Assembly (NCBI GenBank): GCA_963843515.1 | Contig: CAWJKH010000007.1 | Location: 196,017-260,016, forward strand | Length of the DNA stretch: 64,000 bases | DNA from: an uncultured Actinomycetota bacterium | GTDB lineage: Bacteria; Actinomycetota; Thermoleophilia; RBG-16-64-13 | Direction: 5' to 3' | In this document: positions 7,917 through 16,585 of the stretch, piece after piece | How positions within the stretch are numbered: position 1 is the first letter of the stretch | How the letters are laid out: each line of letters begins with the position of its first letter | Program-made: the position numbers and the translations under genes | Notes under the pieces: generated by a model | What the model saw: only the letters and a program-made list of their open reading frames with translations | What the model was told of the DNA's origin: nothing | The model's database searches: none

Positions 7917-9974
7917 TCAACCTTGAGAGCTGCTGTATGACTGGGCGTATTGGTCCCTGAGGACCCGTCGCATGACCTTGTTGGATGCCGTTCGTGGAAG
8001 CGCCGGCGCGACCACCACCTCATGGATCCTGAAGAGCGGATTGAGCCTGGTGGCGATGGCGCGTTGCATCTCCTTCTTGAGGGTCTCCCCCTCCAGCGGG
8101 GGGTTGGGAGCCATCACCGCGTAGACCACCAACAGGGAGGGCCCGCCCTCTGGTGGATTGAACGCCACCGCGGCCGTCTCGACCACGCCGTCCACGTATT
8201 GCAGTGCCCGCTCGATCTCGGCGGAGCTCACCTTGATACCGCCCAGGTTCATCGTGTCATCGGCCCGGCCGTGGGCGCGGTAGTAGCCTCCCGGGAGCGC
8301 TTCCATCTCGTCGCCGTGTCTCCGCAGGAGTTCTCCCTTCGGTCCGGGAGGGGTGTCGGAGTAGTAGACCTCGTGGTGGTCCTTGTTGAGCAGACTGTTC
8401 GATAGCCCGATGGACGGCGGCACGAGGAAGACCTCCCCTGTCGAGGCCGGTTGCCCCTGCTCGTCCAAGATGTAGAAATCCAGACCGAACGCCGGAGTCG
8501 AGAAGGTCGCGGGAGAAGCGGGCTGCACGACGGACCCGGTGATATAGCCGCCGGAGATCTCCGTGCCCCCGCAGTATTCGATGATGGGACGGTAATTCGC
8601 CAGGGACATCAGATAGAGGTAGTCGTCGGCCTTGGAGGTCTCGCCTGTCGAGCTGAAGAGCTTGATCCCCGACCAATCGAGTCCCCGCACCAGGTCCGCG
8701 TTCTGCCAGGCTTTCACCAGACTCGGAACCAAGCCGAGCATGACGGTCCGACTGTTCTGCACGAATTCACAGAACTCGCGCGAGTTGGGCGCCCCATAGT
8801 AGAGGCCCATGGTCGCCTTGTTTACAAGGGCCGCATATATGTGCCATGGCCCCATCATCCAACCGATGCTCGTCGGCCACGTCACCACCTCTCCCGGATG
8901 AATATCGTGGTGGAGGAAGCCGTCCAGAGCGCACTTAATGGGCGAGGTGTGAGTCCAGGGGATGGCCTTGGGGTCGCCGGTGGTACCAGAGGAGTAGAGG
9001 ACGTTGCAGAGGTCGTCGGGATCGCAGGCGACGGCGTCGAACGAGTCGTCCTCAGCGAGGAAGTCCTCCCACCACGTGTCTCCGTCGCGGAGATCGACAG
9101 CGTCGGCCGCTCCCGACCGGGCTACGACTATCCTCTTTACACCAGCGTCCACGAGCTTCTGGTACATCGGGAGGGTCTTGCCGGCCCGGAGGAGAACGTC
9201 CTGGGTCACGGCCATACCTGAAGAGGCTAACCGCACGCGCGTGGCGATCTCGTCGGGAGCGAAGCTGTCGGCGATGGAGGCTACCGCGTATCCTGCCTTT
9301 ATGACCCCCAGATAGGCGGCCACGGCCTCGAGCGTCATGGGCATCGCGATGGCCACGCTGGCCTCTCGGGGCAGGCTGGACGCCGCAAGAGCGCGGGCGA
9401 AGCGATTGGACAGCCGGTCTAGTTCACCGTATGTAGTGACCTCGATGGGCCCGTCCTCGGCCTGATGGATGACGGCTGGAGTGTCGGGGTCCGCCTGGAA
9501 ACAACTCTCGGCGATGTTGAGCCGGGCGCCGGGCAGCCAATAGGGCGACTCTAGGCCTTGCGCCAGGTTGGCGACGCCAGACGGCGCCTGTCTGAACTTG
9601 ATGCCCAGCTGCTCGATCATCAGCCCCCAGAACTCGAGCCGGTTTTCACTCGACCACCGGCGAAGGTCCCCGAAAGGAATTCCCACCTTCTTGGCCACTG
9701 CGGCGATGTTCGAGTCTGCGATGTCGCGCTCGCCGGGAAGCCATGCCGGAGCCGGTCCCTGCGAGGGGTCCCAGTCTCGGAAAACCTCTCTGTAGAGATG
9801 CAGGTGCACGGGGAAGGGAACGTCGGGCGAAAGGATGCCCTGGGAGACGAGGCGCCACGCCTCGGCGGGAGACACATCAGCAGCAACCGCACTCAATCTC
9901 TCGGCCATCTCGCGGGCCGCCTCGGGCGTCAGTCCTAGAGCACCAAGGGAGTCCGACGAAACATCCAGCCTCAT
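7917..9974 (-). CDS. AMP-forming acyl-CoA synthetase/ligase (ANL superfamily) with ~100-aa N-terminal extension
   Basis: YSSGTTGDPKAIPWTH, YCGGTEISGGY, HGRADDTMNLGGIKVSSAEIE, PRTASNKVMRR. GGAGGAGG lies 5 nt before ATG 9974 (alternative ATG at 10001). Confidence 0.85.
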   Translation of the reverse strand: MRLDVSSDSLGALGLTPEAAREMAERLSAVAADVSPAEAWRLVSQGILSPDVPFPVHLHLYREVFRDWDPSQGPAPAWLPGERDIADSNIAAVAKKVGIPFGDLRRWSSENRLEFWGLMIEQLGIKFRQAPSGVANLAQGLESPYWLPGARLNIAESCFQADPDTPAVIHQAEDGPIEVTTYGELDRLSNRFARALAASSLPREASVAIAMPMTLEAVAAYLGVIKAGYAVASIADSFAPDEIATRVRLASSGMAVTQDVLLRAGKTLPMYQKLVDAGVKRIVVARSGAADAVDLRDGDTWWEDFLAEDDSFDAVACDPDDLCNVLYSSGTTGDPKAIPWTHTSPIKCALDGFLHHDIHPGEVVTWPTSIGWMMGPWHIYAALVNKATMGLYYGAPNSREFCEFVQNSRTVMLGLVPSLVKAWQNADLVRGLDWSGIKLFSSTGETSKADDYLYLMSLANYRPIIEYCGGTEISGGYITGSVVQPASPATFSTPAFGLDFYILDEQGQPASTGEVFLVPPSIGLSNSLLNKDHHEVYYSDTPPGPKGELLRRHGDEMEALPGGYYRAHGRADDTMNLGGIKVSSAEIERALQYVDGVVETAAVAFNPPEGGPSLLVVYAVMAPNPPLEGETLKKEMQRAIATRLNPLFRIHEVVVAPALPRTASNKVMRRVLRDQYAQSYSSSQG

Positions 9975-10159
9975 GTGGGCCTCCTCCGCCTGCAGCGTCA
10001 TCGACTTCAGGATCGTGCTGTGCAGAGGCGTCGGGCCCTAGACACTGATCGACCTTCAGCCCATGGCCGCCCCCGAGCCAGCCTCCTGAATGTCGCCTGG
10101 ATTGATCGGCGACTCATGCTACAGGAAAATCCCGCCAGGTGCACCAGGCGTAGGGGGAT

Positions 10160-10181
10160 TTCGGCCGCGCGAGCGGCCGAA
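10160..10181. other. perfect 9-bp stem / GCGA-loop hairpin between the CoA-transferase B gene and the acyl-CoA ligase gene
   Basis: TTCGGCCGC-GCGA-GCGGCCGAA. No U-tract follows on the minus strand. Confidence 0.5.
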
Positions 10182-10241
10182 GCGACTGCCGGCATTCTCG
10201 CCCTGGGAGGCGTCCGGGCCGCTACAGGGCGGGCCGGAGCA

Positions 10242-11018
10242 TCAGCCTGCGGCCCTCCCGATGACCAATCTCAGCGGGTCGACCTCAGTACGCAGAATCT
10301 TCAGCTCCTCTTCAGTCGGCGCCTCGGTGCAGCCGATATCCTCTGGGGTCAAGAGATCGAAGCCGGTGCTTTCTTTCACCTGGTCCAGGTCCACCCCGGG
10401 GCTGAGCGATTCCACCATCATCGCTTTTGTCTGCGGGTCGAAGCCCATTACTGCCAGGTTGGTGATGATCTTGTACGGACCCCCTTCCGGCAGCCCGGCC
10501 TCCGTCCGCGAGCCGTCGCCAGTCAGGTAGCCCGGCGACGTGATGAAGTCACACTTCTCCACAAAGCGGCTCTTGGCGTGAACGGTCATGATCATGGTCT
10601 GCCAACAGAGGGAGGCGAAGTCGTTCGCGCCACCGCTGCCGGGAAACCGAACCTTGGGCTTGTAGTAGTCGCCGATGCACGTGGAGTTGATATTGCCGTA
10701 CTTGTCGATCTGGGCACCACCGAGGAAGGCGTAGTCCACGAGACCGCGGCTGCACGACGTCATCATCTCCACCATACCCGCGGCCATCACCGCCCGATAG
10801 AACGTGCGGGAGTCACCGACTGAGATCGGCATCATGGGAAGTTGGGGAGCCACTCCCCCGGCCTCGAACAGGATCACGAGGTTGGGTGAACAGGTCTTCT
10901 GTGCCAGCATGGCGGCTGCGCACGGTGCTCCTGTGCCGACCGCTACCGTCTTGCCGTCCTCCAGGTAGCGGGAGGCTACACAGATCATCAGCTCCATCAT
11001 GTTGTATTCGGGTGCCAT
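10242..11018 (-). CDS. CoA-transferase subunit B (family I, glutaconate/3-oxoacid CoA-transferase beta-like)
   Basis: VAVGTGAP, LVILFEAGGV (candidate catalytic Glu), FPGSGGANDF. ATG 11018 is preceded by AGGAGA. Confidence 0.8.
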   Translation of the reverse strand: MAPEYNMMELMICVASRYLEDGKTVAVGTGAPCAAAMLAQKTCSPNLVILFEAGGVAPQLPMMPISVGDSRTFYRAVMAAGMVEMMTSCSRGLVDYAFLGGAQIDKYGNINSTCIGDYYKPKVRFPGSGGANDFASLCWQTMIMTVHAKSRFVEKCDFITSPGYLTGDGSRTEAGLPEGGPYKIITNLAVMGFDPQTKAMMVESLSPGVDLDQVKESTGFDLLTPEDIGCTEAPTEEELKILRTEVDPLRLVIGRAAG

Positions 11019-11049
11019 GTCCTTATGTCTCCTTCGCGCACCAGCGCCG

Positions 11050-12033
11050 TCAGTCGATGATGAGGTTCTCAAGAGCTTGCAGTTGCTGGATCCTCTTCAG
11101 GCCGCCGCAGCGCTCGAGGTAGTCCTCGAAGGTGTCGACCGTGTAGATGTAGTGGTCCAGGAACCGGGCAAACGCCCGTGGATCTTTCTCCATCCGCATC
11201 CATTGTGCGATGTGTTCCTCGTCTGAGAAGTAGAGATAGGGCATGTTGCCGGGGTAGCTCCCGTATGGGGAGGCGACTACGGCATCCACAAGATAGAACG
11301 GGATCGACGTTGCCATGGGGTCCTCGCGGATGGCCGAGTTGTTCACGATCCGCTCCGCGGTGATAATCAGGTGTTTGGCAGCCCGGGCCAACTCCAAGTC
11401 GGCTACCGAGATCCCTCGGATGACGGCGTTGCCGTAGGGATCGGCCTCATGTACGTGAATGGCGGCAACGTCGGGCCATACGGCCGGTACCGCCGCGTAT
11501 TTCTTGCCCGTGAAGGGGCACTCCACCACCTTGGCTGCGGACATCTTGAAGGTATCCGTCCCCAACATGGAGCGGATGATCCCGAACGAGACGCCTTCCG
11601 CCGCGGCCCTGAGCCGGGCGGCAAGCGCGTAGTTGGTCCATTCGGTGATCTTCAACTGGCCGCTCTCGACATAGCGACGGGCGTTCGGGGATAGGCCGCG
11701 GGCCTCCAGGCCGACGATGTAGGCGGAGTCGACGCGGTCGATGCAGCCACCTGCCACCAGCACCTGGAAATCGTGAGTGGAAGTGTGTCCGAGGAATCCC
11801 AGGTTCATCCGCCGCTGCCGGACGATCTCATGGCATATCGAGTTGGGAATCCGGTTGGCTCCAAACCCGCCGATGGCGAGATAGCATCCGTCGGGGACGA
11901 ACTTCTCCACCGCTTCTTTGTCGGTCATGCGCTTGTCGACCATGGCGCGCGATTTCTGGCGGAAGAACTCCCGGGCCTTGTCCGGATCGGGATCTGTGAA
12001 GATCGGGTTTGCCCCTTGGTCTAGCACTTCCAT
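11050..12033 (-). CDS. CoA-transferase subunit A (family I alpha-like)
   Basis: DGCYLAIGGFGANRIP and the AYIVGLEARGLSP pattern. ATG 12033 is preceded by AAGGAG. Confidence 0.8.
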   Translation of the reverse strand: MEVLDQGANPIFTDPDPDKAREFFRQKSRAMVDKRMTDKEAVEKFVPDGCYLAIGGFGANRIPNSICHEIVRQRRMNLGFLGHTSTHDFQVLVAGGCIDRVDSAYIVGLEARGLSPNARRYVESGQLKITEWTNYALAARLRAAAEGVSFGIIRSMLGTDTFKMSAAKVVECPFTGKKYAAVPAVWPDVAAIHVHEADPYGNAVIRGISVADLELARAAKHLIITAERIVNNSAIREDPMATSIPFYLVDAVVASPYGSYPGNMPYLYFSDEEHIAQWMRMEKDPRAFARFLDHYIYTVDTFEDYLERCGGLKRIQQLQALENLIID

Positions 12034-12142
12034 ATTCTCTCCTTGGCGGTCCAATAGACGCGTTTTCCACGCGACTGGGCCGGCCCCCACACGAGCACAT
12101 GCCGCGGCGATTGGGTAGTAGCCCCAACCAACATCTGAAATC

Positions 12143-12178
12143 TATCATGAAGCTCACGGCTATCATGAAGCTCACGGC
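12143..12178. repeat. perfect 18-bp tandem duplication (TATCATGAAGCTCACGGC x2) in the divergent intergenic region
   Basis: Read directly: 12143-12160 equals 12161-12178. Confidence 0.9.
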
Positions 12179-12257
12179 CCCAACAGACGAGAGGCGGGCG
12201 CGAAAGCTCGTACCGTAGGACGGGTCGATGTTCCGCGTAGCGGCCCCGGACCACGCT

Positions 12258-12287
12258 GTGACTCTTGCCCTTGCGGCCAGGTACAAT
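12258..12287 (+). promoter_or_regulatory. putative sigma-70-type promoter GTGACT-N18-TACAAT for the ADP-forming acyl-CoA synthetase operon
   Basis: Hexamers at 12258-12263 and 12282-12287. The same hexamer pair recurs at 59804-59831. Confidence 0.3.
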
Positions 12288-12291
12288 CTTC

Positions 12292-12324
12292 GTGTTAATA
12301 GCAGTGCTTTAGTGTCAATAGAAG
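12292..12324 (+). promoter_or_regulatory. two direct GTGTYAATAGMAG boxes spaced 20 bp apart (operator-like)
   Basis: GTGTTAATAGCAG (12292-12304) and GTGTCAATAGAAG (12312-12324) lie between the putative -10 and ATG 12361. Confidence 0.35.
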
Positions 12325-12360
12325 TATCCGAGGGCTGGGCGTAGCTTCGGGGGGCACAGG

Positions 12361-14472
12361 ATGCTTGAATCCCTCCTCTATCCCAACAGCGTCGCCGTGA
12401 TGGGGGCGTCTCAGACACCGGGGAAGGTCGGCCACGCAGTGTTGGCCAACCTTGTCACCGGCGGCTTCGAGGGCACCATCGTCCCGGTGAACCCGGCCGG
12501 GGGCGAGCTGATGGGCCTCATTGTCCACACGAGCCTCGAAGAATATGGGAAGCCGATCGATATGAGCGTGATCGTGGTTCCCACCTGGGCGGTCAGGGAA
12601 GCGGTTGTGAGCTCGCTCAAGCACCAAGCGAAACTGATCGTGATCATCACCGCCGGTTTCAAGGAAGTGGATGAAGCGGGAGCTCGCTTGGAAGCGGAGC
12701 TCGTCGAGCTCTGCCGGGCACGAGGCGCCAGGCTCATCGGTCCGAACTCCTTGGGCGTCATCAACACTCATCAGAAGCTGAACGCGGCTTTCGCCGGCCA
12801 CATGCCCAAGGTGGGCGGGATCTCGGTGCTTTCGCAATCAGGCGCACTGTGCTCTGCCATCCTCGACTGGGCCGCCGCGCACAACGTGGGTATCGCCACG
12901 CTCCTCAGCATGGGAAACAAGGCGGACCTCTGCGAGACCGACTTCCTGGCCGCCTATCGCAACGACGAGAAGACCAAGGTCGTGGCGGGCTACTTGGAGA
13001 GCATCGCCTCCGGAGACGAGTTCGTACGCGTGGCCGAGTCCGTCGCCGCCGTCAAGCCGGTGATAATCCTCAAAGGCGGGACCACGTCGGCCGGGTCCAA
13101 GGCGGCCTCCTCCCACACCGGCGCCATGGCAGGCGCGGACATCGCCTACGAAGCGGCGTTCAAGCGGGCGGGCATCGTGAGGGCGGACACGCTGGAGTCA
13201 CTGTTCGACTTCACGAGCGCATTCGCCACGCAGCCACCCCTGAAAGGGAACAGGGTGGCGGTAATAACCAACGCCGGGGGACTGGGCACGATGGCGGCGG
13301 ACGCGGTGGAACGAAGCGGCATGGTCATGGCCACCATCACCCCGGAAATCGCAGATAAACTGCAGGCGGAGCTTCCACGCGCGGCTCGGACCGGCAATCC
13401 TGTCGACCTCCTCGAGGACGCCCCGCCGGAGCGGTACGCCCTTGCCCTCGAAGCCATCCAGGCCGACCCGGGCGTGGACGCCGTCGTCGTCATCCTCACC
13501 CCGCAGGCAGTCACCCGGGCGGCCGAGACGGCGCAGGCGATCGCTGGCAGCGTGACGGGCAAAAAGCCCGTGCTCCCCGTGTTCATCGGCGGCGGGGACA
13601 TCTATCCCGGGCGACAGGAACTGGGGGCCGCGAACCTGCCCAACTACGCGTCACCGGAGCGGGCGGTGGCGGCCCTCAAGGCCATGCTGGAGTATTCGAG
13701 GTGGCGGGTGCGCCCGCCCCGCGTGGTCACCCGCTTCCCTGTCAACAGACGCCGGGTGAGCCGCGTCATCAACCATCACCTCCTTGTGGGCAACAACTAC
13801 CTCGGCGAGGTGCGGGCCAAGGACGTGCTGCGGGCCTACGACTTCGTGGTCCCTGAAGGCCGAATGGTGAGCACGGTGGATGAGGCGGTCGAAGCGGCCT
13901 CCCAGCTTGGTTATCCCCTGGCGATGAAGATCGTCTCGCCCGACATCGTCCACAAATCCGATGTGGGCGGGGTCAAGCTCAACGTTACCACTCGGCAGGA
14001 TGTGGCCGATTCGTTCCAACTGATGATGCTTCGCGTGGCCCAGCAGGTGCCGGAGGCGTTCCTCGAGGGAGTGTATCTCGAGCGCATGGTGGCCAAGGGC
14101 CGGGAGGTCATCCTGGGCATGACTCGGGACCCCCAGTTTGGCCCCATGCTCATGTTTGGGCTGGGCGGGATCTTCGTCGAAGTCATGCAGGACGTCTCCT
14201 TCCATCTCGCCCCCATCACGTCGGCGGAGGCCATGAGCATGCTCATGGGCACCAGGTCCTTCCGGCTGCTCGAGGGCTTCCGGGGCGAGGCGAAGGTCGA
14301 CATCACCGTGATCGCCGAGGCACTGCAGCGGATCAGCCAGCTGGTGACCGACTTCCCCCAGATCGATGAACTAGATATCAACCCCTTCATGGTGGGAGGA
14401 CCGGGGGAGGAATCAGTGGTGGTGGACGCTCGGATCCAGCTGTCGTCGCAGCTGAGGGGGAACCATGGCTGA
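12361..14472 (+). CDS. ADP-forming (NDP-forming) acetyl/acyl-CoA synthetase, fused alpha+beta (ACD)
   Basis: N-terminal CoA-binding motif SVAVMGAS..GKVG, the SSHTGAMAG phosphohistidine loop (His codon 13114-13116), and a C-terminal ATP-grasp (MKIVSPDIVHKSDVGGVKLN). Confidence 0.9.
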   Translation: MLESLLYPNSVAVMGASQTPGKVGHAVLANLVTGGFEGTIVPVNPAGGELMGLIVHTSLEEYGKPIDMSVIVVPTWAVREAVVSSLKHQAKLIVIITAGFKEVDEAGARLEAELVELCRARGARLIGPNSLGVINTHQKLNAAFAGHMPKVGGISVLSQSGALCSAILDWAAAHNVGIATLLSMGNKADLCETDFLAAYRNDEKTKVVAGYLESIASGDEFVRVAESVAAVKPVIILKGGTTSAGSKAASSHTGAMAGADIAYEAAFKRAGIVRADTLESLFDFTSAFATQPPLKGNRVAVITNAGGLGTMAADAVERSGMVMATITPEIADKLQAELPRAARTGNPVDLLEDAPPERYALALEAIQADPGVDAVVVILTPQAVTRAAETAQAIAGSVTGKKPVLPVFIGGGDIYPGRQELGAANLPNYASPERAVAALKAMLEYSRWRVRPPRVVTRFPVNRRRVSRVINHHLLVGNNYLGEVRAKDVLRAYDFVVPEGRMVSTVDEAVEAASQLGYPLAMKIVSPDIVHKSDVGGVKLNVTTRQDVADSFQLMMLRVAQQVPEAFLEGVYLERMVAKGREVILGMTRDPQFGPMLMFGLGGIFVEVMQDVSFHLAPITSAEAMSMLMGTRSFRLLEGFRGEAKVDITVIAEALQRISQLVTDFPQIDELDINPFMVGGPGEESVVVDARIQLSSQLRGNHG

Positions 14473-16411
14473 TCCGTGTGCCGACCCGGGCAAGCCTCGG
14501 CCAAACACGCCGAATTACGACCCCGACTGGCAGACCCGGTACAGCAAGATGGTCATGACCGCTGAGCACGCGGTCGCCAAGATCAGACCGGGCCAGAGGG
14601 TCTTCATCGGCACCGGAGGAGCTCAGCCTGTGCGTCTGGTGCGGGCTCTCGTCGCCCGCCACGCCGAATTGACCGACCTGCAGGTGGTTCACTCCCTCAC
14701 GTTCGGTGAGGCCCCCTACGCGCTCAGGGAGCTGGCCGGCCACTTCTCAGTCAACGCGCTCTTCGTCTCGGCGAACGTGAGGGACATGGTCCAAGAAGGG
14801 TATGGCAACTATACCCCGATCTCTCTCTCGGACATACCCAGGCTGCTTGCGAGCGGGGAGATGCCCGTAGACGTCGCGCTCATTCAGGTAACCCCACCCG
14901 ACATACACGGTCGATGCAGTCTGGGCATCTCCGTGGATATCGTCAAGGCGGCGGCGGCGAACGCCGGTCTCGTGATCGCGGCAGTGAATCCTCATATGCC
15001 CTGGACCCTGGGAAACAGCTTTCTGAGCGTGCTCGATCTCGACATCTTGGTCCCCACGGACGAGCCCCTCGTGGAGTCCCCAGACTTCCAGTCTCCCAGA
15101 AGCCCTCGGGGCTGGCATTCCTCCACGGGCGCCTCGGACGAGATCGCCGGGGCCATAGGCCAGAACCTCGCGTCTCTGGTGGAGGACGGATCGACGCTAG
15201 AACTCGGCATCGGGCACATCCCGCAGGCGGCGGCCCCCTTCCTCAAAGACAAGAAGGATCTGGGGATACATTCCGAGCTGATAACGGATACCATCATCGA
15301 CCTAGTGGACTCGGGGGTGGTGACTGGGAGTCGAAAATCCACGGACCCGGGAAAGATCGTCACCACTCTGGCCATCGGCAGTCGGCGGCTGTACGACCTC
15401 GTCGACAACAACCCACTTTTCTCGTTCAACCCGACCGAGTATGTGAACGACCCGTTGGTCATCGGGCGGCAGAATAAGATGGTGGCCATCAACACAGCGC
15501 TCGAGGTGGACCTCACAGGACAGGTGTGCGCCGACTCGCTCGGCACCAGCTTCTACTCGGGCGTCGGCGGGCAGGCCGACTTCAATCAAGGCGCGGGGCG
15601 CTCGGTGGGTGGCCGGGCGATAATCGCCCTCCCCTCCACCGCTGAAGACAGCAAGGTGTCGCGCATTGTGGCCACCCTCAGGCCGGGAGCCGGAGTCGTC
15701 ACCACGCGGATGGCGGTGCACTACGTGGTGACCGAATACGGAATCGCGTACCTGCGGGGTAAAAGCGTACAGGAGCGGGCAATGGCTCTGATCACCATTG
15801 CACACCCCGATTTCCGCGAGGGGCTCCTGGCCAAGGCTTTGGAGCACCGGTGGATCAACCCGGAGTTGGCGGACGTGGAGGGCCGGCTCTTCGTGGGGCC
15901 GGAAGAAGTGCGCACCACGACAGTGCTCGACGACGGCACACTCGTGCGTTTCCGCGCCATGAGCCCGACGGACGAGCCGGCCACCCGGGACCTCTTCTAC
16001 TCCCTCTCCCAGGAGACCCTCTACTACCGCTACATGTCGAACCTGGAGCGGGTCCCGCACAAGGAGATACGGAACTACGTCTACATCGACCACCGCAACG
16101 AGGTCGCGATCGTCGGCACCCTGCTCGAGGCCTATGGCGAAGAGATCATCGCCATAGGCGGCTACTACCTCAATCCGAAGACGAACCGTGCCGAAGTGGC
16201 ATTCATCGTCCGTGACGACTGGCAAGGACGGGGCATCGGTACGTTCATCTTCCAGCATCTCACCAACATCGCCAAGCGCAATGGCATCGCCGGTTTCACC
16301 GCCGAAGTCCTCGCGGGCAACAAGAAGATGCAGGCGGTGCTCGACCACAGCAACATGAAGGTGCGGCGCTATCACGGGGACGGGGTGTTCCACTACGACC
16401 TGGACTTCTGA
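14465..16411 (+). CDS. acetyl-CoA hydrolase/transferase-family domain fused to a C-terminal GNAT acetyltransferase
   Basis: N-terminal ~430 aa: GQRVFIGTGGAQP, ELGIGHIPQA, GVGGQADF (Cat1/Ach1-like). C-terminal: WQGRGIGTFIFQHL (GNAT motif A). Overlaps the upstream stop by 8 nt. Confidence 0.85.
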   Translation: MADPCADPGKPRPNTPNYDPDWQTRYSKMVMTAEHAVAKIRPGQRVFIGTGGAQPVRLVRALVARHAELTDLQVVHSLTFGEAPYALRELAGHFSVNALFVSANVRDMVQEGYGNYTPISLSDIPRLLASGEMPVDVALIQVTPPDIHGRCSLGISVDIVKAAAANAGLVIAAVNPHMPWTLGNSFLSVLDLDILVPTDEPLVESPDFQSPRSPRGWHSSTGASDEIAGAIGQNLASLVEDGSTLELGIGHIPQAAAPFLKDKKDLGIHSELITDTIIDLVDSGVVTGSRKSTDPGKIVTTLAIGSRRLYDLVDNNPLFSFNPTEYVNDPLVIGRQNKMVAINTALEVDLTGQVCADSLGTSFYSGVGGQADFNQGAGRSVGGRAIIALPSTAEDSKVSRIVATLRPGAGVVTTRMAVHYVVTEYGIAYLRGKSVQERAMALITIAHPDFREGLLAKALEHRWINPELADVEGRLFVGPEEVRTTTVLDDGTLVRFRAMSPTDEPATRDLFYSLSQETLYYRYMSNLERVPHKEIRNYVYIDHRNEVAIVGTLLEAYGEEIIAIGGYYLNPKTNRAEVAFIVRDDWQGRGIGTFIFQHLTNIAKRNGIAGFTAEVLAGNKKMQAVLDHSNMKVRRYHGDGVFHYDLDF

Positions 16412-16444
16412 AGCTGCTGGTGCATCGTCTCGAAGATCTGTGCA

Positions 16445-16473
16445 CGTCGGCCAGACGCACCGTCCGGCCGACG
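16445..16473 (+). terminator. weak hairpin after the GNAT-fusion gene
   Basis: CGTCGGCC-N13-GGCCGACG followed by CATGTTTAT. Large loop and poor U-tract. Confidence 0.2.
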
Positions 16474-16585
16474 CATGTTTATCGCCCCGCGACTGCGGGT
16501 AGCAGGCCAATCGACCTCATCCCGGGAGGGATGACGCCTGTGCCATGTCGAGCTCTAGAGGGGTGATCTAGGGGGAGGAGCGCTG

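Noticed and set aside
12143-12178. CRISPR-like array, considered for the tandem 18-mers and for other short repeats in the window.
   Set aside because: There are only two abutting units with no spacers, and no cas genes. Nothing else in the window has regularly spaced repeats.
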